DNA of 64,000 nt from Candidatus Caccovivens sp. (GTDB taxonomy: Bacteria; Bacillota; Clostridia; Christensenellales; UBA1242). The notes under the pieces were generated by a model that saw only the letters and a list, made by a program, of their open reading frames with translations, was not told the origin of the DNA and ran no database searches. The stretch spans positions 5,896 through 69,895 of the forward strand of contig JAZRRN010000048.1 in assembly GCA_045650745.1 (NCBI GenBank). Direction: 5' to 3'. The number at the start of each line of letters is the position of its first letter. The first letter of the stretch is position 1. The position numbers and the translations under genes are program-made. Shown in pieces: positions 59,601 through 64,000 of this stretch.

Positions 59601-62600
59601 CTGATTGAATTTGCAGAGATAACAACATCTTGACAAGTTGTCGAAACGAGCAATGTGCTTGCTTGTTTTTCTGTCACACCAAACAAATCTGCTTTTGAGA
59701 TTGTGTTGTATTGATTCAAGATCATTTTTTCTCTGTCATCAACAACATTCAAAACTGGTTGATAAACAAACAAAATTGCTTTTGTGCCATCTTCAACTTC
59801 AAGCACTTGCAATGGATCTTTAACATCTGCAAATTTGACAGTGTCAATTTCAACTGCGATTGTTTGTTTTACATCTTTAAGGTGAACAATACCAAAGTTT
59901 ACTTCAGGTTCAACTTCTTCTTTTTGCCAGATGTTTCCATCAAGCCCTGCAACATATGTGTCAAAGCCAGTCACCCAACTTCCCATACCGTTGCTTCCAC
60001 CAAGATAGTCGTATGTGTAAGCAAATTTTGTATCCTTAAACACTCTCGAAACAAATGCATCTGTCCTATAGTATGTCAAATATGAGTTTACCACAGCAAC
60101 ATAATTGTCTGTTTCTGAAGAATGTGTTGGAGCTTCCAAATCGCCTGCAAAAGCAAAGCTTTGTTCGATCTTTGTGTCAGTAACATGTCCGGCAGCAAAT
60201 GCACCAACCTTGCCTTCTTGTGCAATAAAGATTGTCTTGTATGCATCAACCGGTGCCAAATCATCAGGATCTGTCAAAGAGTATGCATACATATATGATT
60301 TCAAAATCCAGCTTCCAGCGCCGGCATAACCAACAATACCACCAACATTTCCTTTGGCAAAGATTGTTGTGTTTTCAGTTTCAAATTTGTAAAGTTCGTA
60401 ACCAGAACCTTCAATTCTTCCAAAGTTTTGTCCAGCAATACCACCAGCATAACCTGAATTTGCACCACTGATGCTTGCACCATAAACAAAACTGTCCTTA
60501 ATTGTGCCTTGGTTTGATCCAACGATTCCACCGACTGCAGTGTTTGCATTTGGTGCAGAAATCATACTTGGCACATATTTTCCACCAACATAAGCAACAT
60601 CAACCTTAACATTGTTGATTGTGCCCGTGTTGACATTTGCAACAAAACCACCAACTCTGTCATCTGTTGAAACAACATTTCCAGCAAATGTCAAATCTTT
60701 GATCACACCTGAAAGTGACTTAACAAATTCTTCGCTTGTGCCAGTCATTGTCAAAGTGACTGTTGGTTCGTTTCCATAAATCATACCACTGAGAGTTTCA
60801 TAAGCAGTCCAATCTGTCAATTCGATGTCATTCATCACTCTGTAGTATTTTGCAGTGTCAATTTTTTCCAAGTCGCCTTGGTTGTAAACTCTGATTGCAG
60901 TGCCTTCGCTTTCACCATCTGCGATTGTGATTGCAATGCGCACAATCAATTCTGAATAATAAATCTTTTCGCCTGAGTTGTTGTAGAAATAGTTTGAATA
61001 GTCATCACTGCCATTGATGATTGCATCATAGTTTGAAACCAATTCTGAAACTCTGATGTATTTTGCAGTTTCAACAACATTTCCACCAACTTCATCATAC
61101 TTGTAAACCAAAACATGTTCGATGCCTTGCACCTCTTTGATCATGTCTGTTGGCAACAAATAGATATAACCACTTCCACCTGTTGTTGTGTTGATTGTGA
61201 GGTTGAATGATTGTCCAGATGAAGAAGCCAAAACATTCAAATCGGCAGACGAACCACCACCAGTTGCAAAGTAATATGCTTGCAAACTCAAATCATTTGC
61301 AGTGCTTGGAGCAACTGAGGTTGCAATTGTAAAGTTCTTTTCTGTGATATCTCCAGTCAAGTTGAGATAAATTTCATCATCAATTGTTCTGTTGAGCCAT
61401 CTTACACTTTCAACACGGTTTTCATTTCTGATTTCAATTTGTATTTCTGCAGATCTTCTCAAACCATTGCCATCTTCGTAATAAACAACCAATGTTTCTC
61501 TTACAGAAGTTTGCAAGTTTGTTGAGTTTGCAGTAATTCTAAATGTCAACACTTTGCCATCTTGTTCTACTGCAATTCTGCCAACTGAATAATAGTCGTT
61601 TTCATAATATGTTCCGTCAGCAGAAACATATCCAAAGTTTTGAATTGTTGGTTCAAAAGTAAAGTAAGAAATCGCATCTGTGTATGTAGGGATTTTTTCG
61701 TCAGAACGGAATGTAACTCTTACATCTCTGTAAGATCTTGCCATATCGCTGATGCTCAAAGTTTCTGTTGTATACAAAGTTGCTGTTGAAATGTTTGATT
61801 TCATAAACTTTACAGGATAGAAACTTTCCAAAGCGAAAAATCTTGCAAGTGTAAACGATTCGTGATCTTCATCAAAACCATTCACCAAAACGGCGACATA
61901 ACCTCTAAATTCGTTGTCTGTGAGAGTAAGTTTTTCTGGAGTAAGTTGGAAATACATTCCATCAAGATTTTGGAAGTAAATATAATATTGACTAGCAATC
62001 AAAGAAAGTTGATTTTCTGTAAAGATTTCATTTGCTCTCACTTGAGCATCTTTGTCTTCAACAATGCTTTCAGCAATCTTTACTGCATTTACAAATTGAT
62101 CATAACTCAAATATCTAAATTCAATGCCTGCTTCTGTCAATGTCGCTCTGCGATAGTTTGTAGAAAGCACAGCACTAGAACCAGCTTCAAGCATAATCTT
62201 TGAAAGCGAAGTATCAATTATTGCATCACTTTCTTCAATCACACCACCAGCCAAAACATAATTTTGGTCAGCCATTTGGTCAACATAGATGTCCATTGAT
62301 GCCTTGTCAGCATTTGTCATGCTTGCATATGACAATGGCACAAAAGAATGAATGTTAAACGCACCTGATTTTTTGCCGGTAATATGTTCAAACCAGAACT
62401 TTGTCGAACCTTCAAAATTCAATTCTTTCAAAGTTACGGTAAATTCAACGATAATATAATCTTCATCGCCATCAGAAACCACTGATTTTAAATACAATGG
62501 CGAAAATTCAAACTTGTCAGCATTGCTTCCAGCAACATTGTTTCCATACTTAAGTTCCAATCCAGCTTTTGTTGTCAAGTTTTTAAGTTTGATTCTATAT

Positions 62601-64000
62601 ACAACTTCTCTTGGAGAAATCACGCTTGAAGAAACAAATGTATCTTCGGCAATCTCTTCGTCTGCTTCTGTCACAGCAACCAATTCGGCATCTGTCGAAA
62701 TCTTATAAAAGTTCATCGAAACCTTTGCATAAGCATTTTGATTGCTTGATGCAACAAACTTCAATTCCACATTTTCAAACACATCAAAAATTTCAGCTGC
62801 TGTGATGAAAACATTGTTCATAGCACTGATGCTTTCTGTCACATAGATGTGAGATCCAGCAGAGATTGGTGCAAAGTTCAACAAGTTGTCACCAACCCTA
62901 ACATTAAACACAGCACCCAATGGATTTTCTGCAGGAAGCAAACCTTGCTTTTCTGCAAGTGCTTGTTGTGTCAAATCTACTGCGATGTAGAATCTAGAAT
63001 CTTCAAGCACAACATCACTTGGCCCAACAATTGCTTTTACTGAAAATCCTTCTTCGCCAGTATAGTCAGAGAAGACATCAACCAAACTGTTTGCCAAACT
63101 GTCACCTTTCTTGTTTTGAATGTCAACAGTTTTTGCAACATAAGCTGTATCCAAAAGCACGCTTACATCATCAACAACAAAATCATAGTTGTAATCTGCA
63201 TATCCAACCTTGAGATAGAAATAGAAATCTCCGTCCAAAGTTGTTTTCTCTGTGTATGCGTTTACAACAAAGTTATATTCAACGCCATCGGCAGTTGGAT
63301 TTGTATATTTTTCCCAACTGAAATAATCTTCAAATTCAACTTCAACAAGCCCAGATCTTTCAACTTTGTAAATCACTGGATCAAGTTGGAGATTGTAGCT
63401 TGTGTTTACAACAAACGAACCTTCAATCTTTGATCTATAATCATCATTTCTCTTCAATTGGAAGGTTGCGCTCTTTTTGTCTGTTGCTGTGCCATCTGCA
63501 TAGAAAACTTCATGTTCGATTGAATATGCATCAATTGTCGCATTGTCCAAAATAGTCAACTCAACAACATTTGAAACTTCAGAATTTCTTGCAAAGGTTG
63601 CTCTAAGCAAAACTTTCTTTGCTTGGCAATCTGGAGAAATTTTCAACTTGCCATCTTCAATCACACCATAAACTTGTCCATCAACAACCCACTCTTCAGT
63701 TTGACTGTCAACAAATGTCCAAACAATGTCACAAATGTTTGCTGTGATTGGCTCAAAGCTGAAATATTGTCCAACCACCAACTCTTTGTCTACACCCTTA
63801 ACCACAAAGTTGTTTGTTCTTGAATCAGGTCTGTCATCTTTCACCTCATTCAATCCTGTCAACAATGTGTTTACAGTCACATAAACAAATTGATATTTGG
63901 TTGGATCTTCTTTTGAAGAAACTTTGATGGTTGCAGGTTGAACTTGAGTTGCAAGATCTGCCTTCACAACAAAAGCATACTTTCCACTTCTCTTTGGAGA
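44630..64000 (-). CDS. Giant surface protein, more than 6456 codons, 5' end beyond the right edge of the window; paralogous in architecture to the 3440-aa lipoprotein
   Basis: A single open frame from the window edge to TAA at 44630. The M at 63967 in the track is an internal GTG, and the frame stays open to 64000. It shows the same grammar: beta-sandwich arrays alternating with at least six GLUG-type beta-helix modules, for example VGGFVANVNTGTINNVKV..AVGGIVGSNQGTIKDSFVYG..YAGGIAGQNFGRIEGS (about 60300-60720). The C-terminus is a Gly-rich tract followed by a Trp-rich tract. Confidence 0.9.
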   Translation of the reverse strand, partial: SPKRSGKYAFVVKADLATQVQPATIKVSSKEDPTKYQFVYVTVNTLLTGLNEVKDDRPDSRTNNFVVKGVDKELVVGQYFSFEPITANICDIVWTFVDSQTEEWVVDGQVYGVIEDGKLKISPDCQAKKVLLRATFARNSEVSNVVELTILDNATIDAYSIEHEVFYADGTATDKKSATFQLKRNDDYRSKIEGSFVVNTSYNLQLDPVIYKVERSGLVEVEFEDYFSWEKYTNPTADGVEYNFVVNAYTEKTTLDGDFYFYLKVGYADYNYDFVVDDVSVLLDTAYVAKTVDIQNKKGDSLANSLVDVFSDYTGEEGFSVKAIVGPSDVVLEDSRFYIAVDLTQQALAEKQGLLPAENPLGAVFNVRVGDNLLNFAPISAGSHIYVTESISAMNNVFITAAEIFDVFENVELKFVASSNQNAYAKVSMNFYKISTDAELVAVTEADEEIAEDTFVSSSVISPREVVYRIKLKNLTTKAGLELKYGNNVAGSNADKFEFSPLYLKSVVSDGDEDYIIVEFTVTLKELNFEGSTKFWFEHITGKKSGAFNIHSFVPLSYASMTNADKASMDIYVDQMADQNYVLAGGVIEESDAIIDTSLSKIMLEAGSSAVLSTNYRRATLTEAGIEFRYLSYDQFVNAVKIAESIVEDKDAQVRANEIFTENQLSLIASQYYIYFQNLDGMYFQLTPEKLTLTDNEFRGYVAVLVNGFDEDHESFTLARFFALESFYPVKFMKSNISTATLYTTETLSISDMARSYRDVRVTFRSDEKIPTYTDAISYFTFEPTIQNFGYVSADGTYYENDYYSVGRIAVEQDGKVLTFRITANSTNLQTSVRETLVVYYEDGNGLRRSAEIQIEIRNENRVESVRWLNRTIDDEIYLNLTGDITEKNFTIATSVAPSTANDLSLQAYYFATGGGSSADLNVLASSSGQSFNLTINTTTGGSGYIYLLPTDMIKEVQGIEHVLVYKYDEVGGNVVETAKYIRVSELVSNYDAIINGSDDYSNYFYNNSGEKIYYSELIVRIAITIADGESEGTAIRVYNQGDLEKIDTAKYYRVMNDIELTDWTAYETLSGMIYGNEPTVTLTMTGTSEEFVKSLSGVIKDLTFAGNVVSTDDRVGGFVANVNTGTINNVKVDVAYVGGKYVPSMISAPNANTAVGGIVGSNQGTIKDSFVYGASISGANSGYAGGIAGQNFGRIEGSGYELYKFETENTTIFAKGNVGGIVGYAGAGSWILKSYMYAYSLTDPDDLAPVDAYKTIFIAQEGKVGAFAAGHVTDTKIEQSFAFAGDLEAPTHSSETDNYVAVVNSYLTYYRTDAFVSRVFKDTKFAYTYDYLGGSNGMGSWVTGFDTYVAGLDGNIWQKEEVEPEVNFGIVHLKDVKQTIAVEIDTVKFADVKDPLQVLEVEDGTKAILFVYQPVLNVVDDREKMILNQYNTISKADLFGVTEKQASTLLVSTTCQDVVISANSIRLLRENLDEFVLTVHSKMDFTQSLDFNVVIANVLPTLSTTLEGNPIKNNQTILLQNGKTRNVIYNYSSAVYLNGTDVPYELQTDKADYSIAYEELEDSEKEFLSIQKTSNSLIFKGIKASEDVSIDINSNVKMNALAEEYATEIAEELAKSYKIKVYDGATALIIEDASDLEIKPSDHGSFEVTIVTDNADDGLVFDMTYGQISVEGEEVDDNVFEYKLDSKVTLEVYWTKIAEEGATSKTMTYAVVVKIKNDCKHLVEQTYEDIVLSVNAISQQENDTYRKSINVRVLTQSVDTISIATYKIASRRIRNSVLYFNPEDVITSVLKPSSDAIVAVNVTPAYAKMTHFTLTYSVSGKSVGTVSLSKLSYEMYGYYTDTENTVLLTNGILVNLTEEDKQGTGEFFFRLYLSSAFADDSDLTLTLTYYYEDQVLKTGTSTMSVAYMPDADIVVKGDLEDEGQTTYMLAKGESVYVEVTLGADQNLYGVYLQNNGANITLSTPELVSDPTAKYKVYRAKIRAGVNAVLGDGATTGIFYVCASVQKIENGVAETKVSKATLCLVDFAVDANKIKVVASGSTMAYNGRVYDVYRTYLNDTQYLTFDYPFTPEEYNYDKTNASEYKAVADLTAKRNQFKLQNNFRDDNCGYYINHRFDEHTGAFNALSLKQQLAYAANENSWSAIYNPNNGIADNRYFTISTTYVNGMEMLQVTGKQSGTQLMRLETTVNYQGIEMVVPYYFLIVVEVYSDEDLPTQISSAEQFERLLKNSAEADDYILMKDIVLTNYTPFDTTKVNSLDGNGYTIHINSFAMPKGSTVQLALFTEVTANTTLKNVRVNIYNGGQISVDITQYETIDIAGFAIINNGIIYNCEVVASYDNSYQSSALSNSFGLAVKYALGTNADDSYLTSSSGVTSRVAGFVIENASSITNSRVGGNEYSHVIVTNGTNYITTTPLDKFTIRAQGEVAGFVHTNTGYISASFAKKIEILNYMQSVQSLTAGFALYNTNSIQGSYVEGVAGELTPNGKDVYNNGSKITAIGTIAGFVYDNAKLVKNSYANIAIEHDEVKAASVAGFVYKNGPEATVTLCYSACEISTTDINEMPFSGAERSESLNQGEISLSYYYNNSSSDTTIQSKLVKGALGINEYDEQETFYGFSFSSQEGAYDGIWEMTDGGVSLVSANQIAMSSRYAVTNGDDISIFYNKSIMDLSDYTMKNLAYGSENNPIIIRSEQEFAQATGKATAKEISSYKEYYDDDSVDGHYRIVFDLDMDNIDQNAEGESSIKLTTTKKTFTGLLDGNGFKISNINLGSNEACENYGLFAKFDGAIVVNMDLTVNSIHNAKASIVGALAGTAIDSRILSINVQPVETKDSTGATAIQGRNVVGGVVGMLFGDSRLSDITLTNIVVEATNKVNGTIETNRAFVGKDLRNAVESKNILTDKVSNISYAGGVAGYVDIYRTLNSEPAKFSTDIDVTQFNVVTIRVKNSVDIYASVAGGLFGYVGESTAVYDANIELEAPETAVESKSASYIAAKNLYAGGLIGESYGGLFAVYASYTSQLQADIEANENAYYNGSADVERGQMSIFSYTEADKHYESRQSNPLFVGGLVGYMGGGYIYVGYNRLNVVSYSTETLAVGGIVGYAGVVANQFDLMFINNTPKTNILLNDVYASGDVAVVNGSGVAAGLVGALEATEFVSAADAFTYVSTVALKNVMATNYYAHQNGKLLGDGEVTSTSDKHFMLVGGVYGYKTDGSDRKIVAQTTNLKGRYNLYLIDAEDCAYNVGDGTQTSEISGALSVGGYSNVWVGATNYTINPFGFEAQVKERSCLNATSISDKSSMATMSQAYAVLSRYFVPNGWADEFWDHEMDRLFPTIELFPKTSIIFWDYFNTAEVMASVIENPSITVVVRGKLNNDENNMSCQDVEVTWGGETGVSRELLNRFLNVEFAGTLVSYAKYANATDLGYVTGEVSDGGRVGDKVGVILHSSMFKKLSSATIRDLNFYMAGTINFEGDDLTKTNEIKYSIIEEDAITSSFEDVRFVLNYEVYLEASKSAALNYTSENVSKMAGLVVGKIAESTSFSGIEFVARAREDIENGVNFKYENTVLENNEAAYIGLLAGIIEQNQTYIPMLVSSIKFTRESHTSDEERYEIKFNMSYSRKEGFGDEIQASAYVGVYAGLITKVSSDNAKLTLELEPLNNVQLSIVKGDASFLPDNLYVGGYAAKTKFADAISMIAVSEEDAYQGENIGINIKLPKEVENAALGLGFGELDNCDANISSTGATRVAVEGSVFGTDNQLLFAGENVALGGFAGQVLAPSQNQIVVSNIDINFRLANTEVNATSLQATKEEYASHKETYLTKPVVFSNEQPAVGGLFGNITQAKVTIAGMISVDGLIDVQSSKNKGVLNVGGVIGRFDSELETLDNLNCTNDIDISIKAGDGQAVANIGGMIGLITETAGNITMQTSAINGQYYKYEGTLVSNVDGTLNYGGLVGNIAYSEVSATRDIKIANAITGNALKVYNTFDKADVNVGGIIGAFTKIGSSAATTAGKTVIVENCLSYGDVFVNYPANTDKALKSYYFGGIVARTVDMTISSCVSLMTNFNARPSNTTEANHLINIGPFVALQEGTVAYAENKYSSQVTLCYEDEADKIAGVEDRGYGVDGLYKGYSIGEMKKDAAAIAAGAYDIFDSLAVFNIDRDKLVMGHKLNPKTFNGKISADGKDFDGNGKMDNHFNNVAWVVVKEDLNVGDVIADNLDNMVVVGNGTTFTRTDDERVSVADNGANTMAIKGGLAHKMGNGEELSFSVISGFVANLKIREADINKHAGATTAQRGVYGGVVGKMEGNAILYAVGVKGELSVGGTTQLILGGISGLTESGAIIECYQDVDMTYRAAANGHAAGITTYMTGYTFTRNVYSSGRIETYTAVDIYTFANVNGYAATQKNYILDSYSISQILRNGNAAKSSTVGDFFLRTSDGANTIASRIKNVLNYSSGTQSTNTGANADGTVSTETASLTFADLENGKRVFSLNPSDTAPETQYAWYFSPFVNYGYGVHGFDFLKNVTTYKQTTIEIPTIDDDGNDITVEGVGYQVLSVDEIVTGFFNNSCTLPTGSGIGTWYMQIPNAAKYDEMIATVTTGSSYTYNYKFILRYDIDASQLASSKSNITVLNKSSSSFAFALDGNNKTLDYTNVTSGMSNGIFAEFYGTLSNIHIANINVTASGTMAGTVANKLNGLLENVSVVGSLTSTKDDVAAAYGGVVGVIDSASAKISKVRSAVNVTARGGAVGGLVGALQNGEITNSSSAGAVVAVTHNNIEVDAGGIAGSRAAVSNINKTYNTGMVVANYTEDRNTTSAAYAGGIVGKSASGANTYGLTECYNTGFVGAGNYKSEGLNVAGGIFGYADGIKVTGCANDGAVQALGKRPDGSNTDNYSISATTSGTPNQAYTNTPGDYSVAYELTYNPGKQRQVYAYGIGWTSESANLITNTSSSTDNVKNDGNIGEYKVSATMTFDRQQMLDATSSKRFWGKFDKYNFASTDKGTGDTTYRINGTDSFGFPTRIYGIDAVQRKYASEGDQNSNDIKVAATPTYSENEWHLKGRYSYSGGFLTGKETFSFGQRIWVEYTKGTDFDFTNEDYTMPGSGSVKYFAEAEFMSYDDVLYTINETANGSYTYAENPYMGLAALCAKRSDKVQAYTSTSFLKPTNRTDDAGNKQENDAYITEKVAEIEKTIKSLEAEKTITVAGEKINIVSNANQVDAMYNGYKYDAEVTFTLDETVDKYSNFAVTFNRVTSVNPNTALYSRNIFNGFTKSGKNVTAKYTVCFMSEVTSFNIEASLSYSKTGGTVTLGENNVFNQGGKTYILLKENFDNNVMITKSFVDTYNKYVTNGESTDSIGTGTKWFTDLVATIETPVQTLSNYALKYTTGTLNGHSNVAYLEFSSQLGDDMQIANRFNGKKLKLAYKENWKTQVNVSAEIRANAEKTVYDDFSVTGYVANFANYKEERVSSAGKQIETIINSWANLKTEFGVTSENFAFGWDDNHYFTIQGGLVTCSPSITSTYVTPGIITFNSTGVQINSAPSAAKTQFINDINGAFIVYAVADWNQNKSTNLLGSNMEVKDSQVKDGFKIDDFATVATTTNISGGYVTVTAAAGKISNVQYTSTSVSLDAMSNGAKVNVISSGAKFGLSSTKLVQITLDLTRRTEITASNEEALGFTITQKSSANATKDYVQTYYDRDATPHKYTFNDVADGDKFEITYIKTTMGGSWKAGVDKLGPTDTVIRMNWVELNDDGEEDLIKGFTVAYGTEESDISTPSNSIDDWINGKKFVATTSRYTRDVAYAMTQYEYEYRIYENGVISIAYMYNAVNSSEGEEVEHDEKKLKKSVMFITDGKTMYTVHANSVSTDGVNAYAACNWKENYKNATSGSFNASKFESMESQGTEAEIPVELVVGGWSADSLNLVRYKIDYGFLQMKFDQLREESAGRSTTQNLVAGHSKTFQLNLASGHLLVPNSFKYHKNTTSNDIKSSSTGRIDHSGINETIYLYSYDATYTKNTTISCASSGEEREVFNKMMLANNVYIDGNISTTNIFEIIGQNKIIAFSSNSEQSSLFDTNNRNIENLIVVGSSSLRSRINNSRPEFYLLLSGQGSAVTTLDNVSLYGNIRNAKHDIGITVGAVSGSDKLTYKGLKSNVAVSGLSAEFKSTIDAGDSVTTKLIDNVALAAEETYTAKNLLIAGDAGSAKNGIEGKISVDSSERNGQTGKNGGNGGSVDVGASQSTSIARAGKGGFAGYGGSGVNGYIDNTSSIAIRDGGSAGAGGTNGSNGSTGSATALEAPTPRTKVYAGLSGSGGFGYIDPGASNYYYAASNNDSSKIPSSGTWAEGNGYGTTFGAAVKHGLHHANTASKVGDATGHLFPHNKTKFVWWVWEQFTFVQNGVDWWWDNAEAEVDASGSVGDETKVYLYIDGKATAGFVLQPAWFYWEGGGAKTVWSTGNYINMTRSFEVPSEYHS

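Noticed and set aside
44689-63823. Nested ORFs inside the giant >6456-codon gene (e.g. 44818..45390, 48715..49116, 57608..57991)
   Set aside because: The reasoning is the same as for the 3440-aa gene. They are off-frame or antisense, give low-complexity translations and have no independent expression signals.
1-64000. Search for a CRISPR array or copies of the predicted repeat (GTTTGAACTCG.. and its complement) inside the window
   Set aside because: By eye I found only the single anti-repeat-like copy at 712-734. No regularly spaced repeats of about 36 nt are present. The array is expected beyond the left edge, downstream of the cas operon.
1-64000. Alternative genetic code (TGA=Trp, as in many Mollicutes)
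   Set aside because: Long conserved genes (rpoB, rpoC, uvrA, uvrB) are intact under the standard code with Trp as TGG. TGA is used as a genuine stop at the ABC ATPase/permease ATGA overlap.

Overview
This is a chromosomal window from a low-GC bacterium that uses the standard genetic code. TGA acts as a stop, for example in the ATGA overlap at 41993-41996, and no in-frame TGA interrupts the long ORFs. Protein signatures look Bacillota/Mollicutes-like: Firmicutes-type RpoB/RpoC, and Lys-rich lipoprotein signal peptides with L-A-G-C / V-G-C lipoboxes. I call 25 CDSs, and all but four are on the minus strand. A housekeeping backbone (fba, rpoB-rpoC, hflX, yycJ-like MBL hydrolase, uvrA, uvrB, ABC-2 exporter) is interleaved with many surface and accessory genes. 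(1) The first 223 codons of a type II cas9 run off the left edge. This ORF is absent from the supplied ORF track because it has no stop in the window. A putative tracrRNA (near-consensus promoter, anti-repeat, hairpins, U-tail) lies in the cas9-fba spacer. (2) Two paralogous collagen-like lipoprotein genes share a near-identical promoter, 5' UTR and signal-peptide cassette. Each has a G9 homopolymer inside the -35/-10 spacer, which makes them phase-variation candidates. (3) A VirB3/VirB4-like ATPase appears to be co-transcribed with a 3440-aa lipoprotein, and no other conjugation gene is visible in the window. (4) A second, paralogous giant ORF of more than 6456 codons is still open at the right edge and is followed 24 nt later by a radC paralog. 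The two giant ORFs occupy about 46% of the window. I saw no rRNA, tRNA, transposase, integrase or CRISPR array in the window; the array is expected to the left. All functional calls rest on motifs read by eye. No database search was possible.
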